Shown here piece after piece: positions 23,235 to 33,193 of a DNA stretch of 64,000 bases. The position numbers and the translations under genes are program-made. The stretch is from Bolinopsis microptera (taxonomy: Eukaryota). Under the pieces are notes generated by a model. It ran no database searches, was not told where the DNA came from, and saw only the letters and a program-made list of their open reading frames with translations. Position 1 is the first letter of the stretch. Each line of letters opens with the position of its first letter. The stretch covers positions 4,938,797-5,002,796 of the forward strand of contig NC_087080.1 in the NCBI RefSeq assembly GCF_026151205.1, given 5' to 3'.

Positions 23235-25472
23235 TCAGGGGAGTTCTTTAATAATGTTATGGTCATCTAGAATACCGAACTTCCTGAAAACGTTATCATA
23301 TTTCCTCAGACAACGTTTAATGCCTTTAATCAGTCTATCACGGCTATATCCTCTATCAATTAGAATTTTGAATATTTTGTGAAGATGGGAGGTAAAGATA
23401 TCCAATCTAGTGCAAACATTACCATATCTAAGAACTTGACTTGAAAAAACGTTGTAGTCAACCTCGGTTGGGATGTTACTGTGAGGAAATGTAAGGGATA
23501 CAACATGAAAATTAAAATCATCAGTTTTGTTGTACACTGATATTTCTAGTCCTTCTGTGGAAATATTAATATTTAAATCAAGGTAGTTAATGATTTTATT
23601 ATTGGAACCAGCTCGCTCCATCTCCAATGAATTAGGATAAATATCTTTAATCAATTGATGAAAGTAAAGGTAGTTAATAATAGATAAATCGTCAACATAT
23701 CGTTTATTATTGGATAGTATCTTTGCTAATCCCATTTTCTTTTCCTGAAGTAAACGTTTCATATAATTAAATTCCTTTTTGCCAACAGTGAGATCAGCTA
23801 TAGGGGAACTTGAATTCCCACCCATAGGAATACCCTTGGTTTGTATGAATACAATCCCACCGAAGACGACATAAGTGTTATAAATAATAAATTTAACAGC
23901 CTCTTTTAGGTCATCTTGACTAAAGCAGGCATGAGAATCATAGGTTTTATTGGAAAAGAAACATGTATTACTGTCTCTTTTAGAAATACAAATATATCTA
24001 TTACGGTCTGAAAATATTAAATCAACAACTTCATTAATCATATTCTCTACTTCAATCAAGTCTAATCTGGTATAAAGAGTAGTAAAATCATATACTTGTA
24101 TATTATAAACATCGCTATTTTTGATAGCTTCAAGGAATTCACTTGAGGAATCTATGCTCCAAAACATGTTTATACCGCTGTTGTTGTAGATTGCCTCGCA
24201 GTATTTCTTGAAGTATTTCCTCAAAAGTTTCAGACAACAGTTAACTTGGACGTTAAATTGTTTCGTAACGCAAAAACGGGCACCTGCAATGAACCTCGCC
24301 TTGTAAGGGTTCTTATGAAGCTTAGGGTTCCAGAAGATGCGTGCTAGTCGCAAGTTTTTATCTTCAACTTGTACATTAAATCTCTCCTTTAGACTCTCAG
24401 ATATTTTATTGACATAATGAGTCTCGTCTTCGCTACAGGGTTTATATGTATCATTACCTATACATTCTAGAGTATTAGGTTCAAAACCCATTTCATTGAC
24501 AAGAGTTTTTACATAAAACTTTTTACAAATAAATGAAAAATTACCAGAAGCTTTGTCGATACTACAAATAATGTATTTACTTTTCAGCAATTTAAGACTT
24601 CTTTTAACATCATCTTTTTCCAGTGTGTTTTCTTTTATTTCAAATGTTTTAGGAAAGTTTTTCTTGTAATATTCAATACGATTGGAAACTATTGATAACA
24701 CTTTTTCCTTCCAAGCGCTGAACTTTACTTCTTTTTGACAGTACTTTCTACTTTTTGATTTTATAAATTTATCGACAGCTTCGGTAACTGACATATATAT
24801 CTCATCTGGAGATTTAAATGTGGGAATTCTGTATTTACAACCGTAGGAAAGTACTTCCCTAAGTTCAACATTATCAACAATATCTAAATTACCAGTAACT
24901 ACATGTCCATGAGGAGGATAATTGAAAGGGGAGGAGTGACAATCGCATGGACTACCTAAAATAGATTTAATATCAGAAATAGAAAGTTTCTTTAAGAATG
25001 AAGCATAGTTACAAATAGAAAGACTTCTAGGATCATTATACTCATAATAAATCTGTAATGGTGTAAAAGACTGAATCAAAATGGGAAGCAAATCAATGAC
25101 TGAAGTGTCAGAGAAAATAGATTTTAGGTTAAGATTATCAATGAATTTGCAATTAAATGGAACAATTATAAATTCTCTATTACTGGATTCAGATTTGTTC
25201 TGATGGTATTTGGGGGAAAATGTTGAACAGAAAGAGGAACATACGTTGTAAATCAATCCTGAATTATTTTGACTCAAAGAGTAGAGAGTGTCTAAATCTG
25301 ATAAGCTATAACATTTTAATGTTTTGTATATGGAATGTTCTGAAGAGATGTTATCTTTCAGCCTGTTAATATCAGACTCTATGGTATCGAGAGACTTCTT
25401 AGGCTGAACTTTCTTCTTTCCATTCCCTCTGCCACGTTTGTATCGAGCAATCTGTCCACTAAAATAATTCAT
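23235..25472 (-). CDS. Penelope-like element (PLE) reverse transcriptase ORF, 745 aa
   Basis: It has the PLE-type N-terminal DKG-like motif (YIICSIDKASGNFSFICKKFY), the RT motif 1-2 KLHKNPYKARFIAGARFCVTK (compare K-I-H-K-x3-P-x-R-P-I-V-S of PLEs), GIPMGGNSSSPIADL, and the YxDD box RYVDDLSII. Confidence 0.6.
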   Translation of the reverse strand: MNYFSGQIARYKRGRGNGKKKVQPKKSLDTIESDINRLKDNISSEHSIYKTLKCYSLSDLDTLYSLSQNNSGLIYNVCSSFCSTFSPKYHQNKSESSNREFIIVPFNCKFIDNLNLKSIFSDTSVIDLLPILIQSFTPLQIYYEYNDPRSLSICNYASFLKKLSISDIKSILGSPCDCHSSPFNYPPHGHVVTGNLDIVDNVELREVLSYGCKYRIPTFKSPDEIYMSVTEAVDKFIKSKSRKYCQKEVKFSAWKEKVLSIVSNRIEYYKKNFPKTFEIKENTLEKDDVKRSLKLLKSKYIICSIDKASGNFSFICKKFYVKTLVNEMGFEPNTLECIGNDTYKPCSEDETHYVNKISESLKERFNVQVEDKNLRLARIFWNPKLHKNPYKARFIAGARFCVTKQFNVQVNCCLKLLRKYFKKYCEAIYNNSGINMFWSIDSSSEFLEAIKNSDVYNIQVYDFTTLYTRLDLIEVENMINEVVDLIFSDRNRYICISKRDSNTCFFSNKTYDSHACFSQDDLKEAVKFIIYNTYVVFGGIVFIQTKGIPMGGNSSSPIADLTVGKKEFNYMKRLLQEKKMGLAKILSNNKRYVDDLSIINYLYFHQLIKDIYPNSLEMERAGSNNKIINYLDLNINISTEGLEISVYNKTDDFNFHVVSLTFPHSNIPTEVDYNVFSSQVLRYGNVCTRLDIFTSHLHKIFKILIDRGYSRDRLIKGIKRCLRKYDNVFRKFGILDDHNIIKELP

Positions 25473-25526
25473 AACCCGATCTTGGGAGATGTTGCCCGTT
25501 CCTTTCTTCTTGTCATTAAGAATGAC

Positions 25527-25595
25527 ATGTAGTTACTGGTAATTTAGATATTGTTGATAATGTTGAACTTAGGGAAGTACTTTCCTACGGTTGTC
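25527..25595. repeat. 69-bp inverted duplicate of an internal RT-ORF segment (24838-24905), placed between the GIY-YIG remnant and the RT ORF
   Basis: cattaagaatgacatgtagttactggtaatttagatattgttgataatgttgaacttagggaagtactttcctacggttg is the exact reverse complement of 24838-24905. Confidence 0.8.
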
Positions 25596-25910
25596 ATTAA
25601 GACCAAGAGGGAATGCTGTCCCAAGCTTCTCTATCCAGTAATCCTCCAGGAGAAGTAAATCATTTTTGACATCGGTGGACATGTCAGAATCAACATAATC
25701 TACAATCTGTATGGAAGCATCTGAGAAGACGTGACCAGGAATATTAAAATGTTCATATAAAAATGTGGATGATTTGGCTTTGACACAATTTCTGTGGCCA
25801 TTGACTCTTTTATGAAGTGGTTGAGTTGTTTCTCCAACATATTGTTTTTTACAGGTAGAACAGGTAATAACATAAATAACATTATTAGTTTTACAATTAA
25901 ATATAAAATT
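25545..25910 (-). other. GIY-YIG endonuclease domain remnant lying upstream (N-terminal side) of the PLE RT, in a different frame (Naiad-like permuted PLE, decayed)
   Basis: Minus-strand translation gives KFIFGHTNFIFNCKTNNVIYVITCSTCKKQYVGETTQPLHKRVNGHRNCVKAKSSTFLYEHFNIPGHVFSDASIQIVDYVDSDMSTDVKNDLLLLEDYWIEKLGTAFPLGLNDN. The classic GIY...YIG...R...H...E..W core is all present. There is no Met, a stop lies upstream, and the frame differs from the RT. Confidence 0.65.
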
Positions 25911-26216
25911 TGTATGTCCAAAGATAAACTTTCAACACTACTATATAACAAATAATTTGAGGACCCCCAGTGGGAACTAATGCCTCGGTAAATGTAACGA
26001 CCATTACAGGTTGTATGTCAATGTAAATGGTTGTTGCATGATAAAGTTATCTTAAAGACATCCTAAGGACTATCAGACATCGATTTTTAAAGCAGTTTAC
26101 TCCCATCTATCACCTAAAGATTATCAGACATCATTTATCCTTATCCTCCGGAGTGCTACAAAGGTACTGTAATCATTAACTAAATTTCGAACAGTAGCAT
26201 CTTTTTGTGATAAACT

Positions 26217-27880
26217 ATGTCTAGAATACCAGAACTTGGCTCAAGAGATTACAATCTGAGATATCGAGGGAATGCTGTTAAATTCCCCAGTAATGGCTCT
26301 CGTCCTACTGATAAATGTTCAAATTGTTTAACTCTATTAAGAGAGAATGATCGTCTTCGTCGGCAAATTTCTATTCTCTATAAACAATTATCAGAAAGTG
26401 ACAGTGCACTCAAAGTTCCCCTCAGCAATAGTTCACTTGTCTCTGTGTTGCCCCAGGTACCTGATCACTGTGAACATTCTATCAAAGTTCCCCTCAGTAA
26501 TAGCTCATCCTCGCATCTTGTTTCTGAGTTAACCCAAGAGCTATCCAAATTAGCAGAAGACAGTGAACATTCAGCAGAAATTATCAATTCGGAAAATCCC
26601 AAACACTCTGTAAATGGTGTCAATGGTGTGACCAACTCTATCATTCCATACCAAGATTTGAGTCGAGGAGTTTTTCAGTTTGTTGACACTGCCAAGTTAG
26701 ATATAGAAACCCACTATACTCATGACTTTGAGAATAGGACAGTTGCATATTATGGGGACTTTCCCTACGCTTACAATGGAGGCTTTCATAACACAAGGCG
26801 TCAAGGCCAGTAGCAGACAATCCCTACCTAAAGTCTATTTTAGAACGATTACGCTCACAGTTCCCAAAGTTGAAATTCAATAGTGCTATGATTACCAAGT
26901 ATAGAAATGGTCAGCAAGGAATTCCCTTTCACTCGGATGACGAGAGGTCAATTTCACCAGGCTCCATGATCTCCACCATCTCTTTAGGGGCTACTAGAGT
27001 CCTAAGCTTCAGATCCAAACTTAGAGCTCATATTGCTGACCTTACCCTCTCCCATGGTGACATAATGAATATGACCAGACAATCCCAGACCAGCTTTGAA
27101 CACAGCCTCATCCAGGACAAGTCTGAAACCATGAGAATAAGCATTACTCTGCGCCTAATTGATGGCAGCGCAACCATATCTACTCTGTCTGATGTTTCCA
27201 GTCAAGTTAAGAACACTGAACCCTCGGCCCCTAAGACTAGATCAATAGAACATTCTGGTAAATCTTTGTGTGTCTACATTAGCTCTAGTATGTTCTCCAA
27301 ATTAGAGGGAGAAAAGCTATCGTCCAAACAACATGAGGCACATGTATTCAGCTACCCTGGTGCCACAGCCAATGCAATCAATGAACGGTTTCAATCAGAT
27401 GTAAGAAAAGACACTCTTAATACCAATAATGTGAAAAGCATTGTACTTATGTGTGGTACAAATGACGTGGACTCTATCCTGAACAGCCCTCGCAACATGA
27501 GGACTAAACTTCTGTGCCCTGATAGTTTTTCTGGTGATGCTAGAGCTCTTGACTTTACAAACAATTGTATTGAAAAACTTGTACTTTTCCTTCACAAGTG
27601 GGCACCTGGAGCTGATATTAAAATTGTTAACTTATTACCTCGGGAGAGTTTCTCCAGAAACAAGGTTATAACAGATATCAATGGATGTATATCAAATCTG
27701 CAAAGAAAATACACCTATGTAAAACTGCTCTCAACCGAGACAAATCGTTTCTTGTTTAGTGATAAGAAAGGCTTTAGAAAATCGTCATTTTTTAGTAGTT
27801 ATGGAGAGGATAATGTCCATCTCAATGATTATGGCATAGTTAAACTAGCAAGGCACTTGAAGTATCATGCACACCATTAG
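26217..27880 (+). pseudogene. LINE ORF1 (interrupted at 26814-26869): coiled-coil N-terminus plus AlkB-like 2OG-Fe(II) dioxygenase domain plus SGNH/GDSL esterase domain
   Basis: AlkB N-part in ORF 26217-26813: RTVAYYGDFPYAYNGGFH. AlkB core in ORF 26870-27880: FNSAMITKYRNGQQGIPFHSDDE...ISTISLGATRVLSFRS...LTLSHGDIMNMTRQSQTSFEHSL...RISITLRLI (HxD...H, a second His, R-x-S-x-T-x-R). SGNH blocks: VYISSSM (I), SYPGATANAI (II), LMCGTNDV (III), DNVHLNDYG (V). Esterase ORF1s are known from CR1-like LINEs. The two ORFs are separated by stops and a frameshift. Confidence 0.6.
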
Positions 27881-27952
27881 AATACTGCTGAATACTGACA
27901 TAACACTGGACTACCATCAGTTTTATTTTTACAGTACGACTTACTTTTTTTT

Positions 27953-28760
27953 TTACTTTGGGCGATGCTCGATCGAAATCTCCTCCACTCTACGTCTCCA
28001 GATGGTTCTGTCGCACATAACTGTTCGGAGATCTTCTACCCGCAACCCTGTGTCCCTGGCTACGGTGTCAAGAAAAGAGAGTGGTCTCCTCCCACGCCTG
28101 AACTGTGGCAGCCGCCAAGGAAGGATGGTAGAGATGACCTGGTCTGAAGCTCTCATGCAATGCCCAGCAAATCTGGCACGTCTCTGTGCGACGATGGTGG
28201 AGATGGAAGGGAGGTCACCATAGATTTGCTTTAGGGTTGGATGCTTCTTCCATGAAAGATTCCTGGCTTTCATTAGGAGCCTGGTGTAGCACCCGTCGAG
28301 ACGCTTCTCAAACTGCTTGTTCAAGGTCCAGGTTTCTGAGCCATACAGCAGAACAGGTTCGATGCATGCTCTGAAGAACTTGACTTTCAGCTGGTCAGAA
28401 ATGCCAGAGGTCCATACCTTCTGCAGTTTGATACAGGCTGACCAAGCCATGCCTTTCCTGGTGTTGAAGTCCTTCCTGCTCTCTGCAATATATGAGCCCA
28501 AGTATTTGAAGTCATCGACCTGCTTGATCTGGTAACCGGATATTGAGTTCACGGGGGCAGCATCAGGAATGTTGATGGTCATGTATTCGGTCTTGGAAGC
28601 ATTCATCGCAAGTCCGACATGTGCTGCTGCAGTCTCTAAATCCGAGAGCAGTTGCTGGACTTGCTCTATGGTATCGGCAGTCAAGGCCAGGTCGTCAGCG
28701 AAGTCAAGATCTGTGACTCTGACCGCAGGTACTCTACGACATCCAGACAAATACAACCTG
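27953..28760 (-). mobile_element. Nested 5'-truncated RTE-like LINE fragment (RT C-terminal half), GC-rich, inserted between ORF1 and ORF2 of the host LINE
   Basis: The 267-aa ORF carries FADDLAL (RT motif C), SKTEYM, YLGSYI and the tail ...KLQKVWTSGISDQLKVKFFRACIEPVLLYGSETWTL...RRARFAGHCMR. It is homologous to the 33194-35437 ORF tail. Its GC content is much higher than the flanking sequence. Confidence 0.7.
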
Positions 28761-28837
28761 CTTTTATTCTGTTTTTTAGTTTAAACACAACTTTACAACT
28801 TTTATTCATTCCATTGTGAATTAATAAGATTCACAAG

Positions 28838-30403
28838 ATGACAAATTTTAATAATGCAGCTGATAGGTTTCACAACCTCTGCATTGGTCACTGTAACATT
28901 CAAGGAGGGCTTCTTAATTTAGCTAAAAGTAATGAACTTTCCCAACTTATTAGAGATCATAAATTAGACATACTTTCCCTAAATGACATGAATCTTAATG
29001 ATACTATTGACACAGACACCATAAATATTCCTTCCTCCTTCAACCTTATGCGATGCGACAGGCCAAACAGTTCTAGTGGTGGTTGTGGCTTAATGATAAA
29101 CAAAAAACTAGCTTACACAGAATTAGTTATGGATAGTAAGCTTGATAACATTGAAGCATTATGGGTGAAGCTTAAGAATAGCAAGATCAATGTTTGCTGC
29201 TTCTATCGCTCTGGAAATTATTGCAGTGTTGATAACTTTATTGAGTACATTCATTTTTGCATGAAAAAATTGAATGGGAAAAAGGTTATCTGGATTGGGG
29301 ATATAAACATTGACCAGAATAATATCTCATCCACCCAGTACAAAAAATTAGATATGACCTTGAGATGTTACAATCTAGTTCAAACCATTCAAGGGATAAC
29401 TAGAGTTGCTAAACGTGGAGACAATTTTACCCAGACTACTATTGATGTAATATTCACTAACTGTTATGCAGATTTTGTTCAATCTTCTGTTCTTGATGAA
29501 CGTATTGGGGATCATCAAGCTATTATGTGTGAGATAGATTGTAAAGTACCTATAGCTCCTAAATTTGAAAAGGTTGAAATTAGAAATCATTGTAAACGTA
29601 ATGTTAAACAATTCTTAGACTATCTAGATACCTGTTCTGATTACAGTCCACTATTGGAAAGTACAGATGTTGAAGCTATCACTGCTGGCCTTTGTCATCA
29701 TATTGAACAGGCATATGCAACCTTCTTCCCTTGCAAGACCATAGAAAGGCATGAAAAGTTCATACATAAACCTTCTACTGAACTTTTAAATGCCATTAAT
29801 CATACACATTTTCTTCTAAAGAAATTCCGTAAAAAGAAGGATAAGAGAGACAATGGAAATTGCAATAAATGTGGTACATGTAGCAAATGTATAAAGTGTA
29901 ATGAGGCCTGGGATTGCTACAAGATTCAGAGAAATATTAGAAATAAATTAGCTAAAACCTGCAAAAAGGCTAATGTAATCGATGATCTACAAGTTAAAAG
30001 TGCCAAGAATGATCTTAAAGGGATATGGAAAACTATCAAACTGGCATCAAATATGACCCCTGGTACAAATAATTGTCAAACTATCAATGAGAATGATCCT
30101 GAGCTATTTAACTTTCATTTTGCAAATGTTGGATCAAGATTACAAAATCAGGCGCCCAATATTGAAAGAGTTAGTTTTACTGATTTTTTACCTCCTAGAA
30201 CTTCTAACATCTCATTTGATAGATTCCAAGAAATAAATGAAACTGATATCCTAATGTATGTCGAAACGCTCAAGAATGACAAGGCCTCATATGACGATGT
30301 GCCTCTATTTTTACTTAAGCAAGCTGTACCACACATAGTTGAACCACTGACCCATATTGTCAATTTGAGCCTTAATACAGGTGTTGTACCAACCCGTTTG
30401 TAA
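28838..30403 (+). CDS. LINE ORF2, N-terminal part: apurinic/apyrimidinic-type endonuclease (EEP) domain plus linker
   Basis: IGHCNIQGGLLNLAKSNELSQLIRDHKLDILSLNDMNL...IWIGDINIDQNN...TRVAKRGDNFTQTTIDVIFTN are the exo-endo-phosphatase motifs of LINE APE endonucleases. Confidence 0.7.
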   Translation: MTNFNNAADRFHNLCIGHCNIQGGLLNLAKSNELSQLIRDHKLDILSLNDMNLNDTIDTDTINIPSSFNLMRCDRPNSSSGGCGLMINKKLAYTELVMDSKLDNIEALWVKLKNSKINVCCFYRSGNYCSVDNFIEYIHFCMKKLNGKKVIWIGDINIDQNNISSTQYKKLDMTLRCYNLVQTIQGITRVAKRGDNFTQTTIDVIFTNCYADFVQSSVLDERIGDHQAIMCEIDCKVPIAPKFEKVEIRNHCKRNVKQFLDYLDTCSDYSPLLESTDVEAITAGLCHHIEQAYATFFPCKTIERHEKFIHKPSTELLNAINHTHFLLKKFRKKKDKRDNGNCNKCGTCSKCIKCNEAWDCYKIQRNIRNKLAKTCKKANVIDDLQVKSAKNDLKGIWKTIKLASNMTPGTNNCQTINENDPELFNFHFANVGSRLQNQAPNIERVSFTDFLPPRTSNISFDRFQEINETDILMYVETLKNDKASYDDVPLFLLKQAVPHIVEPLTHIVNLSLNTGVVPTRL

Positions 30404-31814
30404 AAAAGCTAGAGTAACTCCCATCCATAAGGCAGGAATGAAAGATGATCCTAATAATTACAGGCCAATATCCATCCTTCCACTTATAGGAAAACTTATA
30501 GAATACTTTGTCGGCAAGCAACTCACTGATTACATGGAAGAGAACAAATTTTTCATCCGGCATCAATATGGCTTTCGGAAAAATCACTCCACAACTTATT
30601 TGATGTACGATCTGATGGACGAAATATATATGAGTAAATCTAAGTCTTATAAACCAGGAATCATCTTTCTTGATCTTAAGAAGGCCTTTGACACAGTGAA
30701 TCATGAAATATTGCTTCAAAAATTGGCATATTATGGAATTGGTGGCATTGCTTTAACCTGGTTTAAGAACTTCTTATCTTGTAGATATCAATGCACAAGG
30801 ATCAATGGCAAAATAAGCTCATTTTTAGAAGTTCTGAGTGGTGTACCACAAGGAAGCATCATTGGGCCTATATTATTTAGTATCTTCATAAATGACATCA
30901 TTTATGCCTGTAACCTATCTAAGCCCTTTCTATTTGCAGATGATGGTGCACTATTCTTTGATCAAACCTGCAGAAGCACATTTATAAACATGAAAATAGA
31001 ACTTATGACAATCTTTAAATGGCTCAGTGTTAATAAATTATCACTCAATGAAAAGAAGACTGAATTCCTATTGTTTGATTCTGTTGATCAACATGATGAA
31101 TTAACCATTGAATGTAATGAGGTAACTTTCACAATCAAGGAGTGCAAAGAGACAAAATATCTTGGCCTCATTCTAGATAGTAAATTAAACTTCAAAAGCC
31201 ATGTAGATTATATTATTAGGAAGGTCATGAAGAGAATTGGTGCCATGTATAGAAGCAAAGCACTGCTACCCATTAAATATAGGAAAATGTTTGCCAATGC
31301 ACTCATGTTGCCACAATTCGATTATTTAGACACGATCTATTGTAGAGCTGGCAAGACAAAACTTGCTGAACTTGACACTCTGTACAAAAAGGTAGCCAAA
31401 ATAGCTCTCAACGTTCCACAAACAGAGAGCAGCCTTAATGTTTATAGAGACATGAAATGGTTACCACTCCATCTTAGACGACAACTCCATCTGTCTAATT
31501 ATATGTTTAGAATCATCCATGACAATTGTCCTACAAACTTTATGAACAAATTTAGTTACATATCAGGAGGTAGTAGGAGCGGCGAAAGCTGCAACCTATA
31601 TGTTAATAGATCAACATCACATAAAAACTTTCAATACTTGGGGGCAAAATGTTGGAATAATGTTCCAACAGATCTACGAAATCTGCCCGATGTTAAAAGC
31701 TTAAGTGATTCGTATAAGAAACAGCTACTCTCATCTATAACAACAGACCCTAATTACACCGTCGACAATTCATATGACAAATTTTACACTGCAATCATAG
31801 TCGACGATAACTAA
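30381..31814 (+). CDS. LINE ORF2, reverse transcriptase part (frame differs from the APE part; overlap 30381-30403)
   Basis: YRPISILPLIGKLIEY, GFRKNHSTT, IFLDLKKAFDTVNHEILL, SGVPQGSIIGPILFSIFIND and FADDGALFF are the LINE RT motifs 1-5 (CR1/L2-like). The APE-to-RT frame change indicates a decayed copy or a frameshift. Confidence 0.75.
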   Translation: MLYQPVCKKARVTPIHKAGMKDDPNNYRPISILPLIGKLIEYFVGKQLTDYMEENKFFIRHQYGFRKNHSTTYLMYDLMDEIYMSKSKSYKPGIIFLDLKKAFDTVNHEILLQKLAYYGIGGIALTWFKNFLSCRYQCTRINGKISSFLEVLSGVPQGSIIGPILFSIFINDIIYACNLSKPFLFADDGALFFDQTCRSTFINMKIELMTIFKWLSVNKLSLNEKKTEFLLFDSVDQHDELTIECNEVTFTIKECKETKYLGLILDSKLNFKSHVDYIIRKVMKRIGAMYRSKALLPIKYRKMFANALMLPQFDYLDTIYCRAGKTKLAELDTLYKKVAKIALNVPQTESSLNVYRDMKWLPLHLRRQLHLSNYMFRIIHDNCPTNFMNKFSYISGGSRSGESCNLYVNRSTSHKNFQYLGAKCWNNVPTDLRNLPDVKSLSDSYKKQLLSSITTDPNYTVDNSYDKFYTAIIVDDN

Positions 31815-33193
31815 GTATCTTCTTATTCTTTTAAATCTGAGGCATATATAATTTATGTCGAAAGGATATTCCCTTTTTGACCACCTTACCATTCTGATTG
31901 ATTTTGCACATGACTGACATGTTTTAACTGGAGAAGGGATTCGCACAGTGGTAGTTTTATAAACCACTTTTAATTTATTGACCTATTATACCTAGTGGTA
32001 GTTTTATAGACCACATTTAATTTATTAACTTATCATACTTAGTATTTATTTTTGGTGACTGTATCACCCAGTTTTAACATTTGATAATTGTACAGTTTAT
32101 TGACGACACATTGACTGAATGTTATTTTATATTCTAATTTATATTCTAGATATTTTATTTATTTTTCAACAGACGACAACTTCCTGTTTTTTCTTCTATT
32201 TTAGTTACTCATATCTCTTGTACAGACTGTTTTACAAGGACATTGACAGATGATACTCACATTAGGCATTCATTATTGCATCTAAATTATTTCACTTGCA
32301 TTAGGTTTAGAAATTTATTCTCTGGTTAACAGATTTCAAATGTTTAATCAATTTGTAGTATGACAGTAAGGTATATAAGAAGTTATTTAATTTTGCTTGG
32401 GCTATTATATTGACTATTGAGGTTTAATGATGATATGGAATTTGAATTCTATATAAATTTACACTATGTGGTTGGGGCATTTTGCATAGTAAATATGGTT
32501 ACTACTCCTATACGTATATCATATTATTTGATTGGTATTCGATTTCTGATTATTTCTTAGGAATATGATTATTATATCTCAATTTGGCTTTAGGTAGGGT
32601 GCCCCGCTAAAAGAACTGGATTCTTCCAGGAAGCATCCCGTGCACAGACCTTGGTCTACATATATATTAAATTATTAACCATTCATTCTGTATGTGCACG
32701 AAAATTTATTTCAATCAATCAATAAAATCATTATTAAAAGTACTGCTCCTAAATGTATTAACAGGATTAAAACTGTTGCAAGTGAGACAACCTCTACCAT
32801 TGCAACATCTAAAAGTGCTAGAAAAGACATTACTAGGGGTTACCCATTTATTCAAGGATTTTGAGAAAAATTTACCATTACGTTTAAGTCAAGAAGGTAA
32901 CATCATCCCTTTCGGCGTTTCCGCCTAGACCCAACGACTCGAGATAGGCCAAGGACAACGGGTCGGACATCAACCTATTGTCATGGGGCTGCCATGATTG
33001 GGCGGGCGTTAGATGTCATGAACCTAAATAGTTCTCCCACCGACGCAGTGTAGCCTGGCGAGATTCTTCGCGACCATAAAAATCTCTTAGAACCGGATCT
33101 TGCACTGCCGCTGTTTCTCGTACCGTAGCATGGCGGACAGCTCACGCCAGAAAATGAAATAAACAGGTAAATACAGGATAAATCAGGAGATGT

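Larger units (their letters stand above)
25960..31900 (+). mobile_element. CR1/L2-like non-LTR retrotransposon (ORF1 AlkB-esterase, ORF2 APE-RT), interrupted by a nested RTE fragment and frameshifts
   Basis: This span combines the ORF1 and ORF2 features above. The boundaries are approximate. Confidence 0.6.

Noticed and set aside
23235-23700. Hammerhead-ribozyme motif expected in PLE flanks
   Set aside because: The only CUGAUGA on the element strand (~23511-23517) lies inside the RT ORF without an adjacent GAAAC helix. No convincing HHR could be assembled by eye.
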